From a virus (taxonomy: Duplodnaviria; Caudoviricetes), in the IMG/VR virus record IMGVR_UViG_3300020442_000339, positions 1-36,329 of that record: DNA of 36,329 nt; one strand, written 5' to 3'. Below are positions 24,345 through 34,337 of this stretch, piece after piece. Below the pieces are notes generated by a model that did not search any database, was not told where the DNA came from, and worked only from the letters and a program-made list of their open reading frames with translations. Numbering within the stretch: position 1 is the first letter of the stretch; every line of letters starts with the position of its first letter. Made by a program: the position numbers and the translations under genes.

Positions 24345-25359
24345 CGTCAGCTCCGTACAAGAATGTCTTCTGTGCCTGTTTATCTAGTTCGGCAAGAACT
24401 TCGGGTGTGAAATACTGCTCGGGGTCTTTCAGGATCTGTTTGGCATAGACTTTCTTGCCGTCGATTTCATATCGACCAGCAACATTCTTCCACAGACCTG
24501 CTGCCTCACCGAGCTCAAGCAATCCATAGTGTTGTTCCAGACCACGTTCATCAAAGAACAGTCTTGTTTCGATCTTGGAACCCTCGCGGGTCAGACGAGA
24601 CTTTTTAGCCTCGCATTTGATAATGTTTCCAACGAGTACCGTTCCATCTTTTTCCTTTTTCTTTCCGAGATAAACGATTGTAGAGGCGGAATATTTGAGA
24701 CCACTTCCTCCTCCCATTTCCTTTGTAGGAACGTAAGCGCCGACGACATCATAGGTGTGATTGGTAACCAACATTGGTATATTAGCCATTCCAAGCTTGA
24801 GTGTAAGGATTCTGAAGCAAGACTTAATAAGTTGTGCCTTGGTCATGTCGCGAACGTTCTTGTCGTTCGACGCATCCTCAACCTCTTTGTTGGTGGCTAG
24901 CATACCAAGAGAGTCTAACACAAACATCATGGGAACGCGCTCTGATTTGGGCGTTTCCATATATTTGTCCACGATCCGAACAGACTGGGTTCGGAACTCT
25001 TCAATAGTATTGACAGGCATGATGATCAGACGCTTGGAATCAATGCCACGACTCTCGATCATCTGCCTACTAATGGCAGACTCGGTTTCAAAATAAATGA
25101 CGCCAGCGTTAGGATTAGAATCAAGGAAAGAGCGAACGACAGAGAGGCAAAAGAAAGTCTTTCCAGTCCCCGATTCTCCTGCCAAGGCTGTAATTTTGTT
25201 GGAAGGAATACCTCCAAAAATGCTGCCACTAACCAGGGCATTAAAGATATAACTACCAGTATCAACAAAAGTTTCAACGTCACCAGCAGCAATGCCATCA
25301 GATGCACGAGAAGCAAATTCATTCTTGGTGTCCTTCAGGATAGAAGATAAGAAATCCAT
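24328..25359 (-). CDS. uvsX: RecA-like recombinase
   Basis: AGESGTGKT, VLDSLG, GGGSGLKY; start MDFLSS. Confidence 0.96.
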   Translation of the reverse strand: MDFLSSILKDTKNEFASRASDGIAAGDVETFVDTGSYIFNALVSGSIFGGIPSNKITALAGESGTGKTFFCLSVVRSFLDSNPNAGVIYFETESAISRQMIESRGIDSKRLIIMPVNTIEEFRTQSVRIVDKYMETPKSERVPMMFVLDSLGMLATNKEVEDASNDKNVRDMTKAQLIKSCFRILTLKLGMANIPMLVTNHTYDVVGAYVPTKEMGGGSGLKYSASTIVYLGKKKEKDGTVLVGNIIKCEAKKSRLTREGSKIETRLFFDERGLEQHYGLLELGEAAGLWKNVAGRYEIDGKKVYAKQILKDPEQYFTPEVLAELDKQAQKTFLYGADDDGEA

Positions 25360-25361
25360 AA

Positions 25362-27857
25362 TTAAACAAAGAGTGATAGTAGTGAGGTGGTTCTTTCGGA
25401 GTTCCAACCGATACAGTTTAGCACATTCTTGAGCGGATCGTAAAACGACTTCTCGAACTGCATTTTGTGGTCGATGTACTTCTCAATCTGGAACTCGGTA
25501 GGGATTCTACCCATGAAAGAGATAGTGTTTTCCATGATGGGGTTGGGAATCTTCAAGTATAAGAACTTGATCTTCTCACCCTCTTGGATACGAGCATGCT
25601 TATGCTCTACCTTGTGCTTCTTAAGATACCAGTTATACAACAGAGCACCACGCACATGAATTGGTGTTCCCTTCTCGTAGATGTCAGTACGAGAACTATA
25701 TTTCTTGAGGTTGTTTACACCACGAGGGAAAGCAATGTCCTGGTAGTCTTGTTTCTTTGTCTCTTGCTTAACTTCCTCAATAAAATCAATGATGTCATCA
25801 TTGGTGCCATTGATGATGATAGTGTATGCCTTGAGAAGTTTGTCTCGGAAGAACGCAGGAGTAGATGAACGTGCCGTCTCCATGCCACAGATCTTCATCT
25901 TGGGTTCGGAGTAGCGAACACCCTCACTGTCCCAGACGTTGAGGATATATCGTTTCTTGGCAGTCCAGATACCCTTGGAAGCGATGTTCTCCCGCTTCAT
26001 CTTCATCTTCTGCGAGTATGCCCGAACATAAGTGGCGAGCTCTTGGTAAGAACTTTCAATAAACTTCTCAAATTCCACCTCACACACCTTGTTAAGGAAC
26101 CCAACAATGACTTCATCATCTGCCTCTCGTCCCTCGAATACCTTTTGCACCAAAGGACCCAGGTTAAGGTACATAGAATCGGTGTCGCAAGCAATAACGT
26201 AATCAATGTCATTTGTCTTCAGAATTTTGTTCAGATATGCGTTGGTCTTGTCACTGATCCAGCGGATAGACAACTGACCTGATAGTGTGATTGCTTCTGC
26301 AATCTCCAGACGATAGTAACGGAAGTGTTCATTGCCGATAGCACCATAAGCACTGTTCAACTGAATCTTCCTTGCCATCTGGATGTTGTTACAGCGAGAG
26401 ATTTCCTTCTGCAGTTCAACGGTGGGAGTCTTTTCATACTGCTGCTTGGCAGCGAGCATCTTCTTCTTGTAGATGGTTCGTTCTTGATAGATCTTCTCCA
26501 TCAGTTTGGGAAGGAATCCCTGCTTCTTGGTGGTGTAGTAGGTGCCGTTAGCACACAGTGTGACCCCCTCCAAGGCGCTTGTGTCTACCTCTTGGGCAAG
26601 TAGTCTATCGACGTTTGCAGACGGGTGACGGCGGGGTAGCAGCGTCTCTGGCGAGAGGTTGTACTGCATAATGAGGTGAGGGTATAGGGAGTTGAGGTCA
26701 AAACTGACCACCCAGTCATAAATCCCTGGCACAGGTTCCTTAACGTAGGCACCAGCATACTTGTCACTCTTTGTGTTGGCATGTTTAGGGGGAATCGCAA
26801 TGTTCTGACGAGCAAGATAGACATAAATGATGTTGTCCCACATTCGTACCTGTGAGTACACATCCTCAAAGTTTACTTTGGCATCATATGCCATGGTGAT
26901 AGCAAGTTCTAGGAGTTTCATCTTGTCATCCAACCTGTCAACCAGGCGAACGTCAATGATGTTGTACTCTACAAACTTCTGCCAGTCTTTTGTATAGAAC
27001 TCTTTGAAGGTGTCATACTCACTGTGGTCAAGTTTCTTCTGACCCAGTTCCACGAATGCAATATGATCTAGACGATAGGACTCTTGGTTGGTGTAAGTGA
27101 ACTTACGATACAACTCAAGATAGTCTAGCGTAGCAACACCAGTGATGTCATAGGCAAGTTGCTCTCGACCTTTGATAAAGATCTTGCGTGGATAGATGTT
27201 CTTCCAAGGAGACAGGACCTTTGCAGATCCTGCACCAAGGATACGCTCAACGCGACCTACAATATAGGGCATATCGAACAACTGTACGTTCCACCCTGTG
27301 ATAACATCAGGACAGTTTGCCTGCCAGTCATGCAGGAATGCATTCAGCAGACCTTCTTCGGTCTGGAAATGCATGTAGTTCACATCCTTCTCTGTACTGA
27401 TGAAAGGACGTGAACCATATACAGTAATCTTGCCAGTTGTGGAGTCTTTAATACTAATGAGTAGAATTTCTTGGTCAGCAGACTCAATGTCTGGGAAACC
27501 ATTTTCAGCACCAGTCTCGATGTCAAGTGTGAAGACTCTGATCTTGTTCATGTCCCACTTCATGTCCTCATCAGGGTACGTCTCGAAGATGTACTGATTG
27601 AGGAACCGAGTCTGACCACAGATCTCAAAGTCAGGGAGCTCTTTATGAGTCTCGATGAACTGTTTAGCGTCCCTAATAGTGCCCTGTTTGACAGGGCGAA
27701 CACACTTGTTATCCAATGTTCTCCACTTCTCTTGTTTTTGAGAAGGAAGGTACAGTGTGGGGTTGAACTTGACTCGATCTTCAAACCGTAGTCCATGGTC
27801 ATACCCACGGACTAGGATGGTGTTACCTGTCTGCTCGACACTGGTGTAAAACTTCAT
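25362..27857 (-). CDS. gp43: Family B DNA polymerase (T4 gp43-like)
   Basis: DIET exonuclease, SFDLNSLYP, KIQLNSAYG, DTDS, KKRY. Confidence 0.98.
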   Translation of the reverse strand: MKFYTSVEQTGNTILVRGYDHGLRFEDRVKFNPTLYLPSQKQEKWRTLDNKCVRPVKQGTIRDAKQFIETHKELPDFEICGQTRFLNQYIFETYPDEDMKWDMNKIRVFTLDIETGAENGFPDIESADQEILLISIKDSTTGKITVYGSRPFISTEKDVNYMHFQTEEGLLNAFLHDWQANCPDVITGWNVQLFDMPYIVGRVERILGAGSAKVLSPWKNIYPRKIFIKGREQLAYDITGVATLDYLELYRKFTYTNQESYRLDHIAFVELGQKKLDHSEYDTFKEFYTKDWQKFVEYNIIDVRLVDRLDDKMKLLELAITMAYDAKVNFEDVYSQVRMWDNIIYVYLARQNIAIPPKHANTKSDKYAGAYVKEPVPGIYDWVVSFDLNSLYPHLIMQYNLSPETLLPRRHPSANVDRLLAQEVDTSALEGVTLCANGTYYTTKKQGFLPKLMEKIYQERTIYKKKMLAAKQQYEKTPTVELQKEISRCNNIQMARKIQLNSAYGAIGNEHFRYYRLEIAEAITLSGQLSIRWISDKTNAYLNKILKTNDIDYVIACDTDSMYLNLGPLVQKVFEGREADDEVIVGFLNKVCEVEFEKFIESSYQELATYVRAYSQKMKMKRENIASKGIWTAKKRYILNVWDSEGVRYSEPKMKICGMETARSSTPAFFRDKLLKAYTIIINGTNDDIIDFIEEVKQETKKQDYQDIAFPRGVNNLKKYSSRTDIYEKGTPIHVRGALLYNWYLKKHKVEHKHARIQEGEKIKFLYLKIPNPIMENTISFMGRIPTEFQIEKYIDHKMQFEKSFYDPLKNVLNCIGWNSERTTSLLSLFV

Positions 27858-28099
27858 TCAGATTTCATTTCGTAAAAAAGCGATGCGGTTTTGCCATCAG
27901 GTTCAGCAATCAAAGTGATGTCTGAAGATCTGACCGCCAACTCACGTTCATCGGAGTAAGGTGGGAAGGACGTGAGACCGTCCTCCGTCACCTCATAGGG
28001 GTATTTTAGCACACAATCGGGATCCCCGAACTCAACGCCAGGGATCTCTTCAACTTCGCTGATCAACCAGCGACTCTCAAACCGAAGCAGTTTCAGCAT
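27854..28099 (-). CDS. Small Sm-like hypothetical protein
   Basis: 81-aa coupled ORF, DCVLKYPY. Confidence 0.75.
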   Translation of the reverse strand: MLKLLRFESRWLISEVEEIPGVEFGDPDCVLKYPYEVTEDGLTSFPPYSDERELAVRSSDITLIAEPDGKTASLFYEMKSE

Positions 28100-28484
28100 C
28101 AGGCACCTCCTCGGAAGGAACGAAACCAGTTTCTGCAGCGGCTGCTACTGCCTCTGCCTGTGCTTCTTCTACAGCGACTGCTTGAGCAACTGTCTGTACA
28201 TATGCTTGCTCAAGACCAGCATCAACCGTGCCTACAGCAAGGACAGCAGCGAAAGGAATCTTGAACTGGGTGTCAGCAGAGTAGGGCAACCACTTGTTAA
28301 AGCGGACCTGAACATCTTGACCATTGGGACCAGGTTCTTCAGACTTTTCGATCTGCAGGGTGTAAGGACGGATCATGACAAGGCACACAGGCTTGCCATC
28401 TTCTTTGTTTTCCTCCCGAACTTCTTGGAGATCACAGATGATCTTCTCTCCAGTAGCGTTGAGGACTACAATAGCGTTTGCCAT
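28077..28484 (-). CDS. Sm-like hypothetical protein
   Basis: TGEKIICD..RPY..KWLPYS pattern. Confidence 0.8.
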   Translation of the reverse strand: MANAIVVLNATGEKIICDLQEVREENKEDGKPVCLVMIRPYTLQIEKSEEPGPNGQDVQVRFNKWLPYSADTQFKIPFAAVLAVGTVDAGLEQAYVQTVAQAVAVEEAQAEAVAAAAETGFVPSEEVPDAETASV

Positions 28485-28508
28485 AACGGAAAAATAGTGA
28501 ACGACATA

Positions 28509-28537
28509 ATTTTACCACAAAAAAATGGGGGTGTCAA
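28509..28537 (-). promoter_or_regulatory. sigma70-type promoter for the gp43 operon, embedded in a terminator
   Basis: TTGACA-N17-TAAAAT with TG extension. Confidence 0.8.
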
Positions 28538-28559
28538 CTGGATTTTGCCAGTTACCCCC
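28519..28559 (-). terminator. Terminator after hsp20
   Basis: GGGGGTAACTGG..CCAGTTGACACCCCC plus T7. Confidence 0.75.
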
Positions 28560-28582
28560 GTGCGGCGACGATATGAAATTAT

Positions 28583-29017
28583 TTATTCGAGTAACAACTC
28601 TTTATTGCCAGAGATATCATAAACAATCTTACGCTGATGTTCTGGAATGTACCTGTTTAGATGAACTACCAGCATTCCATCTACGAACGAGACTTGATCG
28701 ACTTTAACATCGTCCGAGAGTTGCCACGTATTGACAAAGGATCGTCTCGATACTCCACGGTGGAGATACTGGACATCAGGATCTCTCTTTGCATCTTTTG
28801 TGGCAACTTTGAGAAGGTTTGATTCTGTAGAGACTTCAATCTCCTCTGGTTTAAATCCTGCCAGAGCAATTTCAATAGTAAACTTACTGTTGTCATGCTT
28901 GATTAAGTTGTAGGGCGGGTAGTTAGTATTATGTGAGGTCATACTATCTAGGCGATGAAAAATATCATCGAGCCCAACAAAGTGAGGGGAATATACATCC
29001 CAGGCGTACTTGTTCAT
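28583..29017 (-). CDS. hsp20: Small heat-shock protein
   Basis: NYPPYNL, EIALAGF, YLHRGVSRRSF, DGML. Confidence 0.96.
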   Translation of the reverse strand: MNKYAWDVYSPHFVGLDDIFHRLDSMTSHNTNYPPYNLIKHDNSKFTIEIALAGFKPEEIEVSTESNLLKVATKDAKRDPDVQYLHRGVSRRSFVNTWQLSDDVKVDQVSFVDGMLVVHLNRYIPEHQRKIVYDISGNKELLLE

Positions 29018-29110
29018 GAGTAACTCCTATAATTAGCGAGTGTTTTTGTGTGGACCCCGAAGGCATCCTTTGGCGTAAAAGGGGGACCTAGGTCCCACAC
29101 CTTCTACACT
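29018..29110 (-). promoter_or_regulatory. Structured hsp20 leader, ROSE-like RNA thermometer candidate
   Basis: ACTCGCT pairs with AGGAGT; upstream cUUCGg and GGGAC/GTCCC hairpins. Confidence 0.55.
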
Positions 29111-29129
29111 ACTAATTATAAGAGCACAT

Positions 29130-29161
29130 AAAAAAAGTGTGGTAGTATTTACCACACTTTT
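29130..29161 (-). terminator. Terminator after regA (possibly bidirectional)
   Basis: AAAGTGTGGTA/TACCACACTTT inverted repeat with T tracts. Confidence 0.85.
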
Positions 29162-29174
29162 AAAGATTGGTTAC

Positions 29175-29597
29175 CTACACCTCGGTCTTTTTACGACCAA
29201 TATTATACTTGGACTCTAGAATCCAATCATCTTTATCTTTAAATGATAGGACTTTGATCTGATTCAAGGGTGCAATATCTTCAATACGTTCTGCTTCCAC
29301 CACAGATACTAGACCCCAGTCCGACAGTAACTGTGCAATACGATTACGTCTCTGGACATCGTTCTGTGTCAGGTTCGTCTTCTTGCCGTCAAGTGCGAAG
29401 AGTTCCTTAAAGTGAACAATGTAGTATCTGCCCTGCTTATGAAGGATGTGGCAAGACTGGTACAGTTTGCGTTCTTTTCTAGAAGCAACACCGATACGGG
29501 TAAGAGTCTCACGAACCTTCAGGAAATCATCTGGTTCAGACAGACTCACTTCTACCATGTCCGAAGGTTGCCACTGTACTTCAATTTCAGTTGTCAT
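29175..29597 (-). CDS. regA: Translational repressor RegA
   Basis: DDFLKVRETLTRIGVAS, LYQSCHILHKQG, VHFKELF. Confidence 0.98.
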   Translation of the reverse strand: MTTEIEVQWQPSDMVEVSLSEPDDFLKVRETLTRIGVASRKERKLYQSCHILHKQGRYYIVHFKELFALDGKKTNLTQNDVQRRNRIAQLLSDWGLVSVVEAERIEDIAPLNQIKVLSFKDKDDWILESKYNIGRKKTEV

Positions 29598-29980
29598 CTT
29601 ATTCCGCCTGTATCTAATAGTTTGGCTATCTGTTCAAGATCAGAATTCGTGAGGATACGTAGAGCGGCTAGTGCTTTGTTATGGTTATATCCATAATATT
29701 GCTTAACCAATTCAAGATGCTCAAGAGTTTCTTTCTTTGCCCAAGGAGCGTAACGCTTCCTAGGTTTCAAACTATTTATATAAAAGTCATATTGCATCTT
29801 CTTATCTAATTCAGCATGCTTATTCATTTCGTTAGCGAACAAGACAGCATCAGTATGCTGTGCCATGCATTTATTGATAATAAAAGGAGGGTAACCTGCT
29901 ACGGCACCCTCATCAGCGTCCATGATATTCTTCTTGGACTGGTTAATTGAATACAGATAATCTGTAAGTTTGTAACTCAT
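29594..29980 (-). CDS. gp62: Clamp loader small subunit
   Basis: YPPFIINK, ANEMN, QYDFYINS, YYGYN. Confidence 0.93.
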   Translation of the reverse strand: MSYKLTDYLYSINQSKKNIMDADEGAVAGYPPFIINKCMAQHTDAVLFANEMNKHAELDKKMQYDFYINSLKPRKRYAPWAKKETLEHLELVKQYYGYNHNKALAALRILTNSDLEQIAKLLDTGGIR

Positions 29981-30117
29981 AGTTTAGCAGTAACTCCTAA
30001 AACTTTAGCGTTGGGATTACGAGCAAGAGCAACCTCTCGTGCTTCTTGGTAGTCGCGAGCAATCACCTGTTCAGTAAAGACGGTGCCTGCGACATAGAGT
30101 TTGACTTCACACTTCAT
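29977..30117 (-). CDS. Hypothetical protein (46 aa)
   Basis: MKCEVKLYVAGTVFTEQVIARDYQEAREVALARNPNAKVLGVTAKL; coupled on both sides. Confidence 0.8.
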   Translation of the reverse strand: MKCEVKLYVAGTVFTEQVIARDYQEAREVALARNPNAKVLGVTAKL

Positions 30118-30934
30118 AGTTAGTTAGGACGAGTTCCTTGCGAGACGCTTGATCTGTATTATAACTCCCCACGGAGCGCATGGTGTATGTATGTGCAAAT
30201 TCTCCTACTGTCCACCCTTGGAATCGTTCTTTGATAAGAGCAGACGAGTTGTAAGATATGCATTGAGGACCAACAAACCGATCACAATCGCTAGCGAAGG
30301 CATCATGATCGAAGGACTTGTGCATAGACCCTTTCCGTCCATAGAGGTTATCTCTAATATCATATGGGGGGTCGAGGTATGTGAATACGTCTCTGTTATC
30401 TGTGAGGAGCTTTTCATAAGAAAGGTTAGTAATTTTCCAGTTCTGAATCAGTTCTCCGAATTGAGGTATTCTATCAATTCCACGCATCGAGAAATTGCTT
30501 TCTGACGCTTGCTTGCTGAAGGAGCTGGATTCAGTGAGACCAGAAAAAGAGCACTTGTTAACAACGTAAAAACTAATAGCACGAGTAAGTTGGGATGCTT
30601 GATCATCGTTTACTTTTTCCTTTGCTTGGTTGAATAAAACTCTAGCAGATGCAGGTTCACAGTAACGATACTTAAGTTGTACCAGTTGATCTCGCATCGC
30701 TCTGCCGTTGTCACGCACTTCACACCAGAAGTTATACAACGGTTCATACAAATCGTTGACCCAGATATCCATCTTGGGATAGCGTTTTGTTATCTCGATG
30801 GCAACACTACCACCACCGAGAAATGGTTCACGATACTCTTTTACCTGGGAAAGGTCTGGGAGGAATTGGAACAGTTTGCTTACTGCCCTGCTTTTCCCTC
30901 CTGGGTATCGCAATGGTGTCTTGAGTGACTTCAT
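30107..30934 (-). CDS. dam: DNA adenine methyltransferase (Dam/D12 class)
   Basis: LRYPGGKS, EPFLGGGS, YLDPPY. Confidence 0.93.
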   Translation of the reverse strand: MKSLKTPLRYPGGKSRAVSKLFQFLPDLSQVKEYREPFLGGGSVAIEITKRYPKMDIWVNDLYEPLYNFWCEVRDNGRAMRDQLVQLKYRYCEPASARVLFNQAKEKVNDDQASQLTRAISFYVVNKCSFSGLTESSSFSKQASESNFSMRGIDRIPQFGELIQNWKITNLSYEKLLTDNRDVFTYLDPPYDIRDNLYGRKGSMHKSFDHDAFASDCDRFVGPQCISYNSSALIKERFQGWTVGEFAHTYTMRSVGSYNTDQASRKELVLTNYEV

Positions 30935-31091
30935 AATCAGGATGGTTGTACTTCAAATATTCCCAAAAGGTCAGTTTCATTTCCTTATCGGTCATCCCGC
31001 AGTGCCGAGCAGCAGCGGGAAGATTCATTGTAGCATGGAAGAGACCCTCATTCGCTTCCTTCACATTCTGGGGAGTAGTTTTCTTCTTCAT
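30828..31091 (-). CDS. HTH-like hypothetical protein
   Basis: MNLPAAARHCGMTDKEMKLTFWEY; tail overlaps dam. Confidence 0.65.
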   Translation of the reverse strand: MKKKTTPQNVKEANEGLFHATMNLPAAARHCGMTDKEMKLTFWEYLKYNHPDYEVTQDTIAIPRREKQGSKQTVPIPPRPFPGKRVS

Positions 31092-31290
31092 CGACATAAC
31101 CTGCAAATTCAAATTCTTCAATTTCACTTACAGGAACTTCATGTTCACCAGCAACTAGATACCAGTGATGTCCTGCACGTTCTCCCAGATATTTCATCTG
31201 GTCTTCAGCAAACACATGCTCTCGCAATGCTGCTTGAATCTTAAGGTGAAGGAGTTCTTCGTTAGATGGTACGTTCATTAGATCAGACAA
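31048..31290 (-). CDS. Hypothetical protein
   Basis: 80-aa coupled ORF. Confidence 0.75.
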   Translation of the reverse strand: MSDLMNVPSNEELLHLKIQAALREHVFAEDQMKYLGERAGHHWYLVAGEHEVPVSEIEEFEFAGYVDEEENYSPECEGSE

Positions 31291-31570
31291 TCAGTTTCTT
31301 CTTGGGTGTGATCACAGTAGAGAACAGTCCTTCATACTGCTCTGCCAGGTCAGGGTTGGGTTCAGTGACATACACAATGTAGTCTTTAGCAATCCTGATG
31401 GGGATTCCTTCCTTGGCGATTGGTGCCCATGGAGCAAATCCAATGTGCCCTTCGCGAGCAGGCACTGCTACCACAATGTTCTCACATTGATAAGCATCAT
31501 CAGTTTCTTCTGCAATGGTGGTGAGAATGTCCTCACCAGAATACAGACGCATCAATACAGTTTCACTCAT
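31283..31570 (-). CDS. Sm-like conserved T4-type hypothetical protein
   Basis: RLYSGEDI..FAPWAP..QYEGLFS..PKKKLIV. Confidence 0.8.
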   Translation of the reverse strand: MSETVLMRLYSGEDILTTIAEETDDAYQCENIVVAVPAREGHIGFAPWAPIAKEGIPIRIAKDYIVYVTEPNPDLAEQYEGLFSTVITPKKKLIV

Positions 31571-32093
31571 CTCTCAAATAGGTAGCAATAAGGGCAATTC
31601 TCCTTCCATTAGAAGAAGACTCATGACAATGTTGGTAAGAACCATCGAAGGTGACTGCCTTGTCTTCCTTGGGAGTCACACTATACTCATTATCATCGTC
31701 ATCATACACCAAAGTTCTGCCTTTGTCAAACTTGTTTAAGTAAACAATCAGATTCTCGTGCGGATATTCATGGTCAACATGCCTGACACTAGTTCCCTCG
31801 GTGTCAAAGACTAGGTTGACAGCAATGCGATAGAACGTGTGTACTTCTATCTCATTCATACCCAAAATTTGTTGGCAAACAAACGCTGCTAAAGGCGTAT
31901 GCTCACTCAACGATTTGGTATATGGATTCTCCTGCCCTGGTCTCGCTAGGAAGCAGTGAGACATCAGGTGCAGGTCATCGGTTTGATTCTGGATGGTTGT
32001 TCCATAGTAATTCCATGGAAAATTAGGAGACATAATAGTCTCCTTCAACCGTTTGTACGCTTCTGTCTTGTAGTTTTTGAGCGTTGTGATCAT
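31563..32093 (-). CDS. 2OG-Fe(II) oxygenase-fold protein
   Basis: FPWNY, HVD, AVTFDGSYQHC, RRIAL. Confidence 0.85.
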   Translation of the reverse strand: MITTLKNYKTEAYKRLKETIMSPNFPWNYYGTTIQNQTDDLHLMSHCFLARPGQENPYTKSLSEHTPLAAFVCQQILGMNEIEVHTFYRIAVNLVFDTEGTSVRHVDHEYPHENLIVYLNKFDKGRTLVYDDDDNEYSVTPKEDKAVTFDGSYQHCHESSSNGRRIALIATYLRDE

Positions 32094-32287
32094 TTGAAGT
32101 CTGGATTAATCCATTGAGACTCTTTGCCATTGCGTTCAACAATAACACAGAATGCGTCTGGATTTTCAGCTTTCATTTTTCTCAAAATTGAGTCTGTTCC
32201 TTGGTGATGACTAGGCATCTTGTAATGGAACTCACGCATCCGTGATTCAGTGTAGTAGATGGTTACGTGGAATGCATTTACGGTCAT
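32090..32287 (-). CDS. Hypothetical protein
   Basis: 65-aa ORF filling the gap. Confidence 0.65.
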   Translation of the reverse strand: MTVNAFHVTIYYTESRMREFHYKMPSHHQGTDSILRKMKAENPDAFCVIVERNGKESQWINPDFK

Positions 32288-32291
32288 AGTT

Positions 32292-33236
32292 TCATTTAAA
32301 GTCGCAAGCAAGCATGACTTCAGTTAGACATGCAAGTAAATTAATTTCTTGATCAGCAACGAATGCGATCTGGTACTGATACTTGGCGATAATCAGCACT
32401 GCTTCTGGGATGTACTTGGGTTTGACATTTGCATAAAGAACATCATAGATCTTACGCATGACAATGTTTGGATCATTGTCAATGTTGTCTGTCACCCATC
32501 GTTTGATAGTGGTGAACTCCTTGTTCTTCATCGCTTTCACAAGGTCATCCAGTTTGATGTCAGCAATATCAACCAGAATATCTGTGTTGATAGCACCAGC
32601 AGCAGCGTGGCGCTGACACTCATTGATCAAACGACGCCAGTCTGGGTAGTATCGTCCAATAAGTTTGAAGACAACCTCATCCACATACTCACAATCATTC
32701 TCCTCCAAGATGTTCTTCAAACGTTTGTAGAACTTCATCTGAAGACCAGCTTGATCACTCTTCTTGATCTTGAAGTCAACCACGGTGCATCGAGAATGCA
32801 GTGGTTCGATGATCTTGTTAGGGAAGTTGCAAGTAAAGATGAACCGACAGTTGCTGTGGAACTCTTCTATAGCGGTCCTCAAGGACAGTTGAACGTCAGT
32901 AGTGGTGTTGTCTGCCTCATCAATGATAACGACCTTGTGGGCGCTGCTAGAGGACAGAGAGACGGTACTAGCAAAGTTTCTGACCCTGGTACGAACCGTG
33001 TCTAGGAAGCGACCTTCGTCACTACCATTGATCACGATGTAAGAGGCACCAATCTCCTCACACAATGCCTTCGCAACAGTGGTTTTACCAATGCCTGCAG
33101 TGCCAGGAAGCAGCAGGTTAGGGATCTCACCCTGTTCAACGAAACCTTTGAACACATCGAGAATGTTCTTGGGGAGAATACAGTCATCAATAGTGTGAGG
33201 ACGGTACTGTTCTACCCATAAAAATTTCTTTTCCAT
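32292..33236 (-). CDS. gp44: Clamp loader large subunit
   Basis: LWVEQYRP, GIGKTT, IIDEAD, LHSRC. Confidence 0.97.
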   Translation of the reverse strand: MEKKFLWVEQYRPHTIDDCILPKNILDVFKGFVEQGEIPNLLLPGTAGIGKTTVAKALCEEIGASYIVINGSDEGRFLDTVRTRVRNFASTVSLSSSSAHKVVIIDEADNTTTDVQLSLRTAIEEFHSNCRFIFTCNFPNKIIEPLHSRCTVVDFKIKKSDQAGLQMKFYKRLKNILEENDCEYVDEVVFKLIGRYYPDWRRLINECQRHAAAGAINTDILVDIADIKLDDLVKAMKNKEFTTIKRWVTDNIDNDPNIVMRKIYDVLYANVKPKYIPEAVLIIAKYQYQIAFVADQEINLLACLTEVMLACDFK

Positions 33237-33904
33237 CAAGGTTCAAGTGCGATAAGGTATTTCAAGTCAAGACGCTGGTGCTTCCAGATGCTAGCCCACT
33301 TCTCTTTAACCTGAACATGGTAGTCACCTGTGTACAGACGCAGGTTCTCCATCTTCATGTGAAGGTGGAACTCGCCAGTGGTATTACCAATGACATGCTG
33401 CTCGTAAACGTTGCAGGTGTCATCTTCTTTGTCATAGAGTTTGATAGTGATCTTGCCATCCGCATCAGAGCAGAACGCAAGGTCGGGAAGAGAATACACC
33501 TGGGATGCTTTCTGCAATCCCTGAATATCTTCTTGAGAAATGTTGAACTCAAGGTCAGTTTCAGGGTCAGCGATGTCTTTCTCTGGTGCTGCCTTTAGAG
33601 TGATCTCTGGATCAGAGAAGTAGTAACGAGCTTTCCTGCCATTACCAACAATGTTCACATACTTGTTGCTTTCAAACTCAAGAATTGGTGTATCGAATAG
33701 ACTCAATCCAGACAAGAATTCTGACAGGTCATAGATACCAAAACTTTGAGGGAAGGTTTCTTCGCATTTGAACTGGGAGACAACATTCTCACCAACACTA
33801 ATGGTCTTGAGAGTATTACCCGCACGAATCATGATAGAAGCATTGATCGTACAAAAGTTCTTCAGGATTTGGTGGGTATCTCTAGATAGAATCAGTTTGC
33901 TCAT
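33236..33904 (-). CDS. gp45: Sliding clamp
   Basis: ILKNFCTIN, FGIYDLSEFL, MKMENL, IALE. Confidence 0.95.
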   Translation of the reverse strand: MSKLILSRDTHQILKNFCTINASIMIRAGNTLKTISVGENVVSQFKCEETFPQSFGIYDLSEFLSGLSLFDTPILEFESNKYVNIVGNGRKARYYFSDPEITLKAAPEKDIADPETDLEFNISQEDIQGLQKASQVYSLPDLAFCSDADGKITIKLYDKEDDTCNVYEQHVIGNTTGEFHLHMKMENLRLYTGDYHVQVKEKWASIWKHQRLDLKYLIALEP

Positions 33905-34188
33905 TGATTGTAAGGTTCAGTAACGTTGGTCTTGTCAGAGAAATGAAGGAGAAGAAGACCGTAGTGAAGGATCTTTACGATGTCACGACGGGCAGTTCCT
34001 TTCTTGTCGTACCGAGAAGCATACTTGAGGATGTTGGAGCGACAGAATGCCTCTGCATCACCACATGCTTCGATAAGATCTAACGTTTGAATACTGTCGT
34101 TACCAGCAGAATAGTGTTGTCCATATGTACTTGCGATATAGTCACGTAGCTCCTTTAACAGAGCATCTTCATTATATTTGAAAGTCAT
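33901..34188 (-). CDS. DUF3310-like protein
   Basis: TYGQHY, NILKYASRYDKKG..DIVKILHY. Confidence 0.8.
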   Translation of the reverse strand: MTFKYNEDALLKELRDYIASTYGQHYSAGNDSIQTLDLIEACGDAEAFCRSNILKYASRYDKKGTARRDIVKILHYGLLLLHFSDKTNVTEPYNQ

Positions 34189-34337
34189 GCTTGATAGATG
34201 TACTTCAATTGATCATGATAGCACCTCTGTACGGATCCGTCAAGGGTCTGAACGTAGAGTTCCAGACCCGTACCGCCGAGGATTTTGACTGATTGACCTG
34301 TATTCAGCAGTGCAATACTGCCGATGTACTTATGCAT
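34185..34337 (-). CDS. Hypothetical protein (50 aa)
   Basis: MHKYIGSIALL...; coupled to both neighbours. Confidence 0.65.
   Translation of the reverse strand: MHKYIGSIALLNTGQSVKILGGTGLELYVQTLDGSVQRCYHDQLKYIYQA

Noticed and set aside
11490-27857. Introns or inteins in nrdA, nrdB, gp41, uvsX or gp43
   Set aside because: ORFs are continuous, of ordinary length, and show no splice motifs
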